IMG/VR virus record: IMGVR_UViG_3300037264_008423
Span: 174,437-238,436 of that record
DNA length: 64,000 nucleotides
Direction: 5' to 3' (one strand)
Shown piece by piece: positions 27,638 to 35,993 of the stretch. A model generated the notes under the pieces. That model was given only the letters and a program-made list of their open reading frames with translations, did not search any database and was not told the DNA's origin. The number at the start of each line of letters is the position of its first letter. Within the stretch, counting starts at the first letter, position 1. The position numbers were made by a program, and so were the translations under genes.

Positions 27638-28285
27638 ATGAAAAAACTATCTATGTTAGCGGTCGGAGCCATTCTGGTCGCTATGTTTGCGACAGGATGC
27701 AGCACGACTCATTCTAAAAGCACGACTCCGCTTTCGGAGCCGGTAACGGTCAGTGGACCCGTTAATGTCACAGGTCCCGTCACAGTCAGCGGACCCGTTT
27801 CTGTTACCAGCGGCCAGTCGTCCTCCCTGTCGGGAGGCGCGGCGCAACCCGCTTTACAGTCTGCGCGATCCACCGCCACGGGCGCTGCGGTGGGCGCTAC
27901 GGTGGGTGCTACAGCGGTGAATGGCGAGGGCACGGTCCTGGAGCTTAAGAAAGAGACCGCCACAGCGCAAAAGACGACCGTCAGCAACGGCAAAGCGGTC
28001 ATCCGAAAAAATGTCATCACCGAGCAGGTGAGTGTGCCGGTCCAGACCCGGCGAGAAGAGTTTACGGTGGAGGAGATCGCGGACGATGCCGCGCCCACCA
28101 CATCCTGGGGCGAGGCCCAGACGGTATTTGAGCTACCCTTAACCAGGGAATCGGCTTCGATTGTCATTACCCCGCGCGTGTATAAGCGGGTCAAGATCAA
28201 TAAAACGGCCACGGTGGACCAGGGCGCGGTAACGGGATCAGTTCGCACGGAAAACGTGGAAGTGGTCAAGCAGCCTGCCCCGTAG
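27638..28285 (+). CDS. Lipoprotein with YsnF/AvaK (DUF2382)-like domain
   Basis: Lipobox FATGC; LELKKE...VIRKNVITEQVSVPVQTRREE...LPLTRE. Confidence 0.8.
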   Translation: MKKLSMLAVGAILVAMFATGCSTTHSKSTTPLSEPVTVSGPVNVTGPVTVSGPVSVTSGQSSSLSGGAAQPALQSARSTATGAAVGATVGATAVNGEGTVLELKKETATAQKTTVSNGKAVIRKNVITEQVSVPVQTRREEFTVEEIADDAAPTTSWGEAQTVFELPLTRESASIVITPRVYKRVKINKTATVDQGAVTGSVRTENVEVVKQPAP

Positions 28286-28300
28286 ATTCAGCGGCAAGGG

Positions 28301-28330
28301 CACCTGGAACGGGTAAAACCGTTCCAGGTG
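28301..28330 (+). terminator. 12-bp hairpin after lipoprotein gene
   Basis: CACCTGGAACGG-GTAAAA-CCGTTCCAGGTG. Confidence 0.55.
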
Positions 28331-28347
28331 AAGATTTAAACAAAAAA

Positions 28348-28390
28348 GTTTACAATATTATTTGACACAGGGCTGAGCAGTGGTTAAGGT
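28348..28390 (+). promoter_or_regulatory. Sigma70-type promoter with upstream GTTTAC box
   Basis: GTTTAC-N8-TTGACA-N17-TAAGGT, upstream of the fMet/tmRNA unit. Confidence 0.7.
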
Positions 28391-28411
28391 AGGCGCAGAT
28401 TTTTGAAAAAT

Positions 28412-28478
28412 GCTCGTGCGAGCCAATTGAGCTAACGGTTCATGCTTGAATCCGGTGCTCCGGTAAGCACGAGCGCCA
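28412..28478 (+). ncRNA. 67-nt minimal tRNA-like RNA lacking a normal T arm
   Basis: GCTCGTGC/GCACGAGC+GCCA; three small hairpins, two with TGCT loops. Confidence 0.5.
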
Positions 28479-28481
28479 AGT

Positions 28482-28557
28482 CGCGGGGTGGCGCAGATGG
28501 TAGCGCGCTAGGCTCATAACCTAGAGGTCGCCGGTTCAAGTCCGGCCCCTGCAACCA
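28482..28557 (+). tRNA. tRNA-Met(CAT), initiator type
   Basis: C1:A72 mismatch, loop CTCATAA, canonical GG and TTC. Confidence 0.9.
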
Positions 28558-28774
28558 ATTTATCCGGGGACACCCGGATTTAAAGCAGGCGAAAGGGCTA
28601 GTTGAAGCGATTAAGAGTCGGGAGATGTCTCAGCTCAACGTTAAACCGGGTCCGTGTAGCCTGTAGCTTTAAACGTGGTGAAGTTTTAGTAGCCCAGGTC
28701 GCACCGGTAAGCGGCGTGCGAGAGGATTTTTTACCGGTCCTCTTGACGTTTCTTGGAATTTGATCTTTGACAGT

Positions 28775-29204
28775 GGGGGCGTATTAGACTCGATCTAGTG
28801 CCCTGAACGCTTAGCGACAGCCGAGGATGGTGGTTGGACCTCGATAATACCTCCACCGAAAACATCAAATGCCGAAAGCACTGATGATACGGCTCTCTTA
28901 GCCCAAGCCGAAGCGATCTTCGCCGACCCGGATGAAGTCCTCGCCAAGACCGGCTATGCAGAGCCAGCTTTGGCCTAGCGCCAAACCGTCCACCCTCTGA
29001 CGCCTGCTACGGGGTGTGGGCGTAACCAGCAGGCAAAAACGCGGTCTCTTCCCGTGAACCGCGCCGTAGATCACGTGAGTGTGGCCGGGGTGATGTCTTG
29101 CCGTTCTCTTACCCGGTCATTCTAAATAAAGAAGCGGAGATGCCTGTGGATGCTCGCGCAAGGACTATTAGAGACAGGAGGGGCAGTGCCTCCTCGCCTC
29201 CACC
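28775..29204 (+). ncRNA. ssrA: tmRNA
   Basis: 5' GGGGGCGTATTAGACTCGA; 3' T arm plus CGCCTCC-ACCA with G3:U70; tag frame 28871-28978 after the CAAAT resume context. Confidence 0.92.
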
Positions 29205-29239
29205 AATTTCCGCCTCCACTGTTTACAGTTCTGTAATCC

Positions 29240-29854
29240 ATGAACGTGGCTCTGAACTGTAAACAGTGTGGTGATTCTTTCGAGATCCGAAAGGCCGAGC
29301 ATAACCGGCAGCTTAAAAAAGGCAGGCAGCACTTTTTCTGTAGCCTTTCCTGTTGCGCCGCTTATGGCAACACAGCAAGGATCGCACCAGTCATAAAGAA
29401 AAACTGTAAGCATTGCGGTGGAGAGTTTGAGACAAAACAGGATCGGCATGAAGCTGACTTTTGCGGTAAACGATGCGCTTCGCTGGGAAGCGTAACTGCG
29501 TATCGTCGAGCCAGAGCGAGGCTGTCGGGACAGGCGCATGCCAATAATTTTAGCAACGCTAAGGCGCTGCTTGGTAGAGAAAATAAGAAATATAGGCTGC
29601 TGATTCCTTTGCTGACCGAAAGACAGATTAGGTATGAGTTTGAAAAAAGGATCGATAAGTTTGTATTTGACTTGGCGCTCGAAGACCAGAGGGTTTTGAT
29701 CGAGTTTGACGGTCCAGAGCACCGCACGCCTAAAGGGACCGAGCGAGATGCGGTCAGGGACAGGTCCGCCGAGCTGCTGGGTTGGAAGGTTTTAAGGATA
29801 CCGGTGAAAACCGGTCAGATTATTCCAGCTTCCATGCTGGAAGCTGTTCTTTGA
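29240..29854 (+). CDS. DUF559/Vsr-like endonuclease with N-terminal Zn-binding repeats
   Basis: CKQC..FFCSLSC..CKHC; FVFDLALEDQRVLIEFDGPEH...RD...LGWKVLRI. Confidence 0.85.
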   Translation: MNVALNCKQCGDSFEIRKAEHNRQLKKGRQHFFCSLSCCAAYGNTARIAPVIKKNCKHCGGEFETKQDRHEADFCGKRCASLGSVTAYRRARARLSGQAHANNFSNAKALLGRENKKYRLLIPLLTERQIRYEFEKRIDKFVFDLALEDQRVLIEFDGPEHRTPKGTERDAVRDRSAELLGWKVLRIPVKTGQIIPASMLEAVL

Positions 29855-30098
29855 TAAATTTTGCGCCGGTCTGGCCAAGATCGTTCGTAGCGTTTGTGTA
29901 ACGGAACTTGTCTTTCATTCTCCAGACTGGCGCGATCTTTTTAATTTGACGGGTCGTTTGATGTCGGTTATCAGCACCAAAATCATAAGTTGGAAATTGT
30001 GGCGTAACAACCACCAGGGGCACCATCAGCTCACGCGCGTCGTGGTCTGAATTGCCCCTGAAGCTAAAATCAAAACGATGTCGCTTTTTATCCGTCAA
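29820..30098 (-). CDS. Hypothetical protein
   Basis: 92-aa ORF filling the gap. Confidence 0.45.
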   Translation of the reverse strand: MTDKKRHRFDFSFRGNSDHDARELMVPLVVVTPQFPTYDFGADNRHQTTRQIKKIAPVWRMKDKFRYTNATNDLGQTGAKFIKEQLPAWKLE

Positions 30099-30106
30099 AA
30101 CTTTTT

Positions 30107-30268
30107 AGCGCGCGAACCGCGCGGGTCGAATGTGATTGGTTACCATCAAACCGTTGGTTATTGGTGCAAATCCAATCCGGTCCGCAAGGGCCGGTAGCTC
30201 AATCAGCAGAGCAGCGGTTCCCGTAAGGGATTTCCGATCCTGAGCCTTACCCGTGCGGTTCGCGCGCT
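30107..30268 (+). ncRNA. yrlA: YrlA-type Y RNA (circularly permuted tRNA-like domain plus Ro60-binding stem)
   Basis: 19-bp terminal stem; GTCGAATG with bulged C opposite TTACC; T arm, GCAA-closed acceptor, D arm; about 0.8 kb from Ro60. Confidence 0.88.
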
Positions 30269-30313
30269 CATTTTGGTTCTACAGTGGAGATTAAAAGTAA
30301 ACAAAGCAAAACT

Positions 30314-30880
30314 ATGCTCGATAAAAATAATATCCTCTCTGTGGTGCAAGCCAACCTGTTTGAACCAGTTAACGACGCTAACCGCGAGGCTACCCGGCAG
30401 CGCATCGCTTCCGGTTTGAATCTCGGCCCGGACAAAGTGCTCCTGGGCCGTGAGGCCATCACGATCATTGATGATCAGGAAGTTCATCAGGTCCAGATCG
30501 GCACGGATGGTCAAGCCGTGCTCCTGGGAAACGCCATCGACCGCGCTCTCGGCTTCCTCAACGATCTGTTCAACTGCGACCCCATCGCGATCTGGCTGGC
30601 TTGCTGCAACCGTATTCCGATCAGTGAGAGGGTGAGCCGGGAAAATGTCATGCAGCCGGTGAGCCACGTCCGCGCCGACGGCACGTCTTACTCCCTCAGC
30701 GGTTTGGACCTGGTGAACGGCGTGCTGGCCGCCATGACGGGCAGATACCTGGAAATTGATTTCGTGAAGCCCGAGGAGGGCCGTCCGCCGACCGCGATGA
30801 AGGGCTTTAAAATTCACAGGGAGGCCCTCCAGTCTTCTGAGCCTGCCGCAAATTTAGGCGGCGAGTCCCATACCGATTAG
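30314..30880 (+). CDS. Hypothetical protein between the Y RNAs
   Basis: ORF of about 190 aa. Confidence 0.7.
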   Translation: MLDKNNILSVVQANLFEPVNDANREATRQRIASGLNLGPDKVLLGREAITIIDDQEVHQVQIGTDGQAVLLGNAIDRALGFLNDLFNCDPIAIWLACCNRIPISERVSRENVMQPVSHVRADGTSYSLSGLDLVNGVLAAMTGRYLEIDFVKPEEGRPPTAMKGFKIHREALQSSEPAANLGGESHTD

Positions 30881-30891
30881 CTGCTTTTGAT

Positions 30892-30985
30892 GCCACGAGC
30901 CGAACAGGACCGCGCCCTTGAGTGAGGGGGCTGTCGATGTTTCATGGCGCGCTTCCCGCGCCGTCCAACTTGCTCGTTGCCGTTA
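30892..30985 (+). ncRNA. Second Y RNA candidate (non-tRNA-like)
   Basis: ACGAGC-C-GA pairs with TT-GCTCGT; followed by terminator and Ro60. Confidence 0.7.
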
Positions 30986-30992
30986 GAAAGTC

Positions 30993-31015
30993 AGGCCGCA
31001 CGCAGCGGCCTTTTT
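30993..31015 (+). terminator. Rho-independent terminator after the Y RNA candidate
   Basis: AGGCCGC-ACGCA-GCGGCCT then TTTT. Confidence 0.6.
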
Positions 31016-31058
31016 GCTGCCACATGGTTGGGGGCAGACTGCGCTGAAAGGAAAAACC

Positions 31059-32708
31059 ATGAGTGTTTACCAGACGGTTAGCCGTAAGGCAACCCCGCAA
31101 AATCAACCCATTCCCGGTTCCAAGCAGGTGAAGAACTCCGCAGGTGGTTACACCTGGCTCCTGGATGACTGGAGCCGCCTGCGCCGATTCCTGGTGCTTG
31201 GCTCCCAGGGTGGAACGTATTACGTCAAGGAACAGGATCTCGTCAAGGCCAACGCGGAAGTGGTTGACCGGTGCTTGGGTCTTGACGCGGCCAGGACGAT
31301 TCAGCAAATCGTGGAAGTTTCGGATAAGGGCCTGGCCTATCGCAACGAGGCGGCGCTCTTCGCGCTGGCCAAGGCCGCCGCCGACCAGAATGAAAAGTCA
31401 CGAGCGTTGGCTCTTGACGCGCTGCCGCAAGTGGCGCGCACCGGCACCCACCTGTTTCACTGGGCAAACTATGTTCAGTCGATGCGGGGCTGGGGCCGCG
31501 CCCTGAGAAAGGCGGTCGGGCACTGGTATAACCAGTGGACGGCGGACGAGCTGGCCTACCAGGTCGTCAAGTATCAGCAGCGCGATGGCTGGTCCCACCG
31601 GGACCTGCTCCGCCTGGCGCACCCGGTCGCCGAGACCGAGGGGCACGACGCGGTATTCCGCTGGGTCCTGGGCGGCCAGGAGGCCCTGGCGGCGCGCACG
31701 GTGAAGCGCCAGCGTCCCGGTCAAGAGGTAAAGCCTGAATACACCTACCCGGATCTGGCTTTCCACCTGCCGCAGTTCATCGAGATCTTTGAAAAGGCCA
31801 AGACGGCGGACGCCAAGACGCTTGTCAAGCTGATCACCGAGCGCAGCCTGCCCCGCGAGGCGATCCCCACGGAGCAGTTGAACTGCCCGGAGGTTTGGGA
31901 GGCGCTCTTAGTCAACATGCCAGCCACGGCCCTGGTCCGCAACCTGGGCAAGATGACCAGCATCGGGCTGGTCAAGACGCTTTCCAAGGCGTCCAAGACC
32001 ATTGTGGACAAGCTGGGTAACGCCGCGTGGCTCAAGAAGTCCCGCGTCCACCCGATGCAGTTTTTGATCGCGGCCAAGGTGTATGCCCAGGGTCACGGGG
32101 AAAAGGGCAAGCTCGCCTGGACGCCGGATCAGTCGGTGGTCTCGGCCCTGGAGCGCGCCTTCTACGCCTCTTTTGGCAACGTCAAGCCCATCGGCAACAA
32201 CGTGCTGATCTCGCTGGATATCTCCAGTTCGATGGGACATACGATGGAAGGCACCTGCTTGTCCTGCTACGAGGCGGAAGCGGCCCTGGCGCTAATCCAT
32301 GTCAGCATTGAGGACACCGTGGGGGTCATGGGTTTCGCCACAAACTACCGGGAAATCAAGATCCGCAAGGGCATGAGCCTGGTGGACGCGATGCAGCACG
32401 TCGCCGGTCAGGGCTTCGGCGGCACGGACTGCTCGCTGCCGTTTCGCTGGGCGGGAACGGAGCGGATGGATGTGAACTCATTTATCACGGTCACGGACAA
32501 TGAATCATGGCACGGCGGTGTTCACCCGTCCCAGGCGCTCAACGCCTATCGCCAGGCTTCCGGCAATCAGGCCCGGTCGGTCGTCATGGGCATGACGAGC
32601 ACGGGCTTTACTATCGCGGACCCCAATGACGCGGGTTCGCTCGACGTGGTGGGCTTTGACGCCTCCGCGCCTGCGCTCATCTCGGATTTCTGCCGGGGTG
32701 ATGTCTAA
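31059..32708 (+). CDS. rsr: Ro60/TROVE ribonucleoprotein (Rsr)
   Basis: NSAGGY..LRRFLVLGSQGGTYY; ARTGTHLF; KYQQRDGWSHRDLLRLAHP; vWA DISSSM, GGTDCSLP, TDNESW, VVGFD. Confidence 0.97.
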   Translation: MSVYQTVSRKATPQNQPIPGSKQVKNSAGGYTWLLDDWSRLRRFLVLGSQGGTYYVKEQDLVKANAEVVDRCLGLDAARTIQQIVEVSDKGLAYRNEAALFALAKAAADQNEKSRALALDALPQVARTGTHLFHWANYVQSMRGWGRALRKAVGHWYNQWTADELAYQVVKYQQRDGWSHRDLLRLAHPVAETEGHDAVFRWVLGGQEALAARTVKRQRPGQEVKPEYTYPDLAFHLPQFIEIFEKAKTADAKTLVKLITERSLPREAIPTEQLNCPEVWEALLVNMPATALVRNLGKMTSIGLVKTLSKASKTIVDKLGNAAWLKKSRVHPMQFLIAAKVYAQGHGEKGKLAWTPDQSVVSALERAFYASFGNVKPIGNNVLISLDISSSMGHTMEGTCLSCYEAEAALALIHVSIEDTVGVMGFATNYREIKIRKGMSLVDAMQHVAGQGFGGTDCSLPFRWAGTERMDVNSFITVTDNESWHGGVHPSQALNAYRQASGNQARSVVMGMTSTGFTIADPNDAGSLDVVGFDASAPALISDFCRGDV

Positions 32709-33285
32709 TTCACGGAACCGCGCCCTGGGTGACCGGGACGCGGTTCTACTCTTTACTATGGGTGCTAATCGTCACTGTGTGATTGACTGTTTCGAGTTTG
32801 AGCCAGATAGCAATATCGTGGAAATTGGAACCGATCAGGGCGGGGGTTCCACTCGATTTTTGGCGGACTACGCGCGAGCGCGCCGTTTGAATTTTTGGAC
32901 CGTGGACATCAATCCCCAGCGCATTGATCAGGCCGCCCGGCTGGGCTGCCACGCGGTTTGCGCCAAGGGGGAGGATTTTCTGATCGACTTTGGCAGGCCG
33001 ATTCACTTTGCCTATCTGGACAATCTGGACTGGATGGGCGGCGGCATGGAGGTCCCCGCCAACGTGGCCAGCGCCCAGGCTCACCTGCTTCAAGCGCGGC
33101 GTTTGCTCCAATGGATGACAGCGGGGGTCATCGTCATTGATGATACCTGGCTTAGCCAGGGATTTGGCAAGGGTTATTACGCCGCTCAATTTCTGGCTGA
33201 TTCCGGTTTTACGGTGGAATCGGGACCCGGCTGGCTGGTCCTGGTTCGGAGCATGGCCGCTGGCCGCCGTCTATCGGAAAAGTAA
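32701..33285 (+). CDS. Class I SAM-dependent methyltransferase
   Basis: IVEIGT..GGGST..WTVDIN..FAYLD..VIVIDD; start overlaps Ro60 stop. Confidence 0.82.
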   Translation: MSNSRNRALGDRDAVLLFTMGANRHCVIDCFEFEPDSNIVEIGTDQGGGSTRFLADYARARRLNFWTVDINPQRIDQAARLGCHAVCAKGEDFLIDFGRPIHFAYLDNLDWMGGGMEVPANVASAQAHLLQARRLLQWMTAGVIVIDDTWLSQGFGKGYYAAQFLADSGFTVESGPGWLVLVRSMAAGRRLSEK

Positions 33286-33297
33286 TCGCTTTCAATT

Positions 33298-33486
33298 ATG
33301 GCCTACCTCAATAAGATTGTAAACGGACACCGGGTTCGAGTGAAGTTGCTCAGTCCCGCCGCCTTGCGGAAGCTGAAAAAAGAAGAACTGGAGTTGGTGC
33401 GAGAGATGTCCGGTCTCGCCGATGAATTGATCGCCGAAAGGCGCACGGAAAGCAAACCGGTCAAGCGTGCCGGGACTGTCCGCTAA
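33298..33486 (+). CDS. Small basic hypothetical protein
   Basis: 62-aa ORF ending inside tRNA-Ser(GCT). Confidence 0.5.
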   Translation: MAYLNKIVNGHRVRVKLLSPAALRKLKKEELELVREMSGLADELIAERRTESKPVKRAGTVR

Positions 33487-33537
33487 ACAGCTCGCCCCTT
33501 CACTGCGGGTGTGGTGCAAGTCCACTGCTTTCCGCCA
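33447..33537 (+). tRNA. tRNA-Ser(GCT), C33
   Basis: GGAAAGC/GCTTTCC-GCCA, CTGT-CCGCTAA-ACAG, long variable arm. Confidence 0.8.
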
Positions 33538-33543
33538 TTTTAT

Positions 33544-33635
33544 GGCCCCTTGGTGTAACAGTAACACGACCGTCTTATACACGGGAAGTCCTAGATGTGG
33601 GCACGATGCTGGTGCAAATCCGGCAGGGGCTACCA
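33544..33635 (+). tRNA. tRNA-Ile(TAT) with long variable region
   Basis: GGCCCCT/AGGGGCT-ACCA, loop CTTATAC, about 22-nt variable region. Confidence 0.75.
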
Positions 33636-33644
33636 CTATTTAGA

Positions 33645-34682
33645 CTATTGGTTTACAGGCACTTGAGCTACGCTCATTGTGGTTTTGACTTGGGATTTGT
33701 AGATCTGTCTCGAAACACCACTGAGACGATACAGATCCCATAGCGCAGTGCTAATAGCCTTGGCAGTGGGGCGATCCAGTTTGCTGTTATCACTTTTTTT
33801 CCATTCAGGCCGACTTGCCACGTATTGGTGGATGATCTCCACAACATGCGCCATGTGGTTCAGAGTGAGCTGATCGAGCCACCGCTCAAAACTTTCACGA
33901 GGATTTTGCGCGGCTTCTTTACCAAAGAAGAAGTCCCACACCCAAGCCATGCAGATGTTTATTTGACGACTGCCATGCTTATACTTGTTCTCGTAGGCCC
34001 GGTTGATGCAATTGGTAAGATCTTCGGCCCAATCCAGGTAGCGGGTAAGCGTGGGAGACTCCAGCCTCTTCAAGAATTTACCACGGTATTCGTAGTCCAC
34101 GATTTGCCAGTCGTTAAAACCGTGGCTACTAAGCCACGTGAGTATCTCGTAACCGCTAAAATGCCTGGCGCGCGCAAAGCCAGCGGCCACGGTGCTTGCC
34201 AGCGTGCAGATGACACTGGATCTGTGGAGTCCCTTAACCAGATTTTTAGCGTTGGATTCGTTAATTTGAGTATTAATGGGTTGGCTCAGATCAAGGCTAA
34301 CCGTGCTTGCATTTCTCAGTGTTACGGAGGTAAGTTGCGAGATCGGAGGATTAGGGCTAGGGGCCTGAACGCGCACTTCAACTTGTTGGACGCGCACTTC
34401 AGCTTGTTGCGAGGATTTCTGTGTGCCCTCTCTGTAACCTTGAACAAAGCCTTCATGAAAGCCTTTAGTATAGCCCGTCTTTTTTCCATTTCGCTCGCCC
34501 ACGGTCTTACCGTAATCGAAGCCCTCCTCCCAGGCTACGTGAACCTGCTGGTTCGTTATTGTATTAATGATCAGCGCGTTCCTGTTGACGCTTTCAATGC
34601 CCTTCTCTAGTTTTTGAAAAGCTTCATCAGGCTCTTTGGTTTGCGGTGGGGGTTCGTTTTTGAGATTTAATTCAGCATTCAT
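33645..34682 (-). CDS. Hypothetical protein with GxxxG repeat segment
   Basis: EEGFDYG..VGE.NG..TGYTKGFHEGFVQGYREG; AT-rich. Confidence 0.75.
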   Translation of the reverse strand: MNAELNLKNEPPPQTKEPDEAFQKLEKGIESVNRNALIINTITNQQVHVAWEEGFDYGKTVGERNGKKTGYTKGFHEGFVQGYREGTQKSSQQAEVRVQQVEVRVQAPSPNPPISQLTSVTLRNASTVSLDLSQPINTQINESNAKNLVKGLHRSSVICTLASTVAAGFARARHFSGYEILTWLSSHGFNDWQIVDYEYRGKFLKRLESPTLTRYLDWAEDLTNCINRAYENKYKHGSRQINICMAWVWDFFFGKEAAQNPRESFERWLDQLTLNHMAHVVEIIHQYVASRPEWKKSDNSKLDRPTAKAISTALWDLYRLSGVSRQIYKSQVKTTMSVAQVPVNQ

Positions 34683-34716
34683 AGTTTCATTTAGAACGAA
34701 AAAAGTTCTATGGGTC

Positions 34717-35334
34717 ATGATTCGTCAAAGCAGCATCGACGCTTACCGTGAAGCTCAGGAGAGCGGCCTGGTCGCCCAGTGCCAGATCCTTGTGCTGGAA
34801 ACCGTGTTCAACCACCATCCGGTTACGGCCAATGAAGTTTTAGACATCCTCTACCAGCAGAACCAGCGTGTGTCTCAAAACACCATCAACACGCGCTTCA
34901 GCGAGTTGGAGGGCATGGGTTTGATCAAGACGGTGGAGCGCAAGCAGGACAAGGTGACTGGCAAGCTCAATAACGCCTGGGTGCCCTGCCCGGAGTTCAG
35001 TGACGAGCAGATTCAGGCTTACAAGCAGGCGCGCCAGCAGGCCGTCAAAGAGAGGCAATCCAACGTGGCGCGCCTGGAGGCGGAGTGCGCCAACCTGCGC
35101 GCCGAGGTTCAACGTTTAAGCCGCCACGCTACGGTGAGCACCGCTTTCACACCGGTCGCCGCCCCCGCCGCTGGCGCTCAGCGGTATGAGCTTTACGCCA
35201 AAGACAAGCCGGGCATGACCGTCAGCAGCCTGGAGCGCGCCAAATCGGAAAAGATGATGCTTTTCTACTGCGAGGCTTTTCAGGTCCCGATGATCCAGGT
35301 TAAGATCAGAAAATTAGCGGTTATCCCGGAATAA
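34717..35334 (+). CDS. Winged HTH DNA-binding protein
   Basis: TANEV...SQNTINTRFSELEGMGLIK; coiled coil. Confidence 0.75.
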   Translation: MIRQSSIDAYREAQESGLVAQCQILVLETVFNHHPVTANEVLDILYQQNQRVSQNTINTRFSELEGMGLIKTVERKQDKVTGKLNNAWVPCPEFSDEQIQAYKQARQQAVKERQSNVARLEAECANLRAEVQRLSRHATVSTAFTPVAAPAAGAQRYELYAKDKPGMTVSSLERAKSEKMMLFYCEAFQVPMIQVKIRKLAVIPE

Positions 35335-35345
35335 ACAGGCACCCT

Positions 35346-35651
35346 ATGACACATCCTATCATTGAGGCTTTTCGGATCGAACAATGCACGATGGGCGGCT
35401 CGGCGTTTCTGCCCACGGTTTACCTGGACAAGGCGGTTGCGACCAGCATCGCCCAAAGTAAAAACGAGGAATTTGTTGACTATAAAGTCAGGCCAGTGCG
35501 CGTGAGGCGCTTTGGAAAAACCGAGTGCGTGGCGGTTGAGAATATTTTAACCCTGGACGAAACGACCGAGCCGGAGCATGCGCGCCGGAACGCTTTAAAG
35601 AAACTGACTCCCTCGGACCGGAAGGCGCTGGGGTTAACCCCTTTAAAATAA
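35346..35651 (+). CDS. Hypothetical protein
   Basis: 101 aa; ALKKLTPSDRKALGL C-terminus typical of phage small proteins. Confidence 0.65.
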   Translation: MTHPIIEAFRIEQCTMGGSAFLPTVYLDKAVATSIAQSKNEEFVDYKVRPVRVRRFGKTECVAVENILTLDETTEPEHARRNALKKLTPSDRKALGLTPLK

Positions 35652-35660
35652 AAACGAGCT

Positions 35661-35993
35661 ATGTATGGTTTTTCCGATTCCTGGCACACGCTGGTCATTG
35701 ACTTTGGCGCGGAAGAGCGCCTTCAGCGCGCCGCGCAGGAGCAGACGATTGGCACGGAGATCGTAACGCTTACCGTTGACGGTTTCAGACAGCGTTACAT
35801 CGAAGAGAGCGACCTTCATTTTTTAGAAAACGATCCCCGCTGGCAGAGACTCAAAGCGGTGTTTAGGCCGGGGGACGTGCTAGTCAAGTTTAATAGCAGC
35901 GAGGCGAGCTGGGCAGCGTTAGCCGGACGCGCTGGATACGCGGTTGTGCGCGACGGCCAAGCGGTGGATAGTTACTTGACTCGGTTATCTTAG
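35661..35993 (+). CDS. Hypothetical protein
   Basis: 110 aa; WAALAGRAGYAVVRDG. Confidence 0.65.
   Translation: MYGFSDSWHTLVIDFGAEERLQRAAQEQTIGTEIVTLTVDGFRQRYIEESDLHFLENDPRWQRLKAVFRPGDVLVKFNSSEASWAALAGRAGYAVVRDGQAVDSYLTRLS

Noticed and set aside
30130-30215. Two broken tRNA pseudogenes (CAT)
   Set aside because: The halves pair with each other as one permuted YrlA
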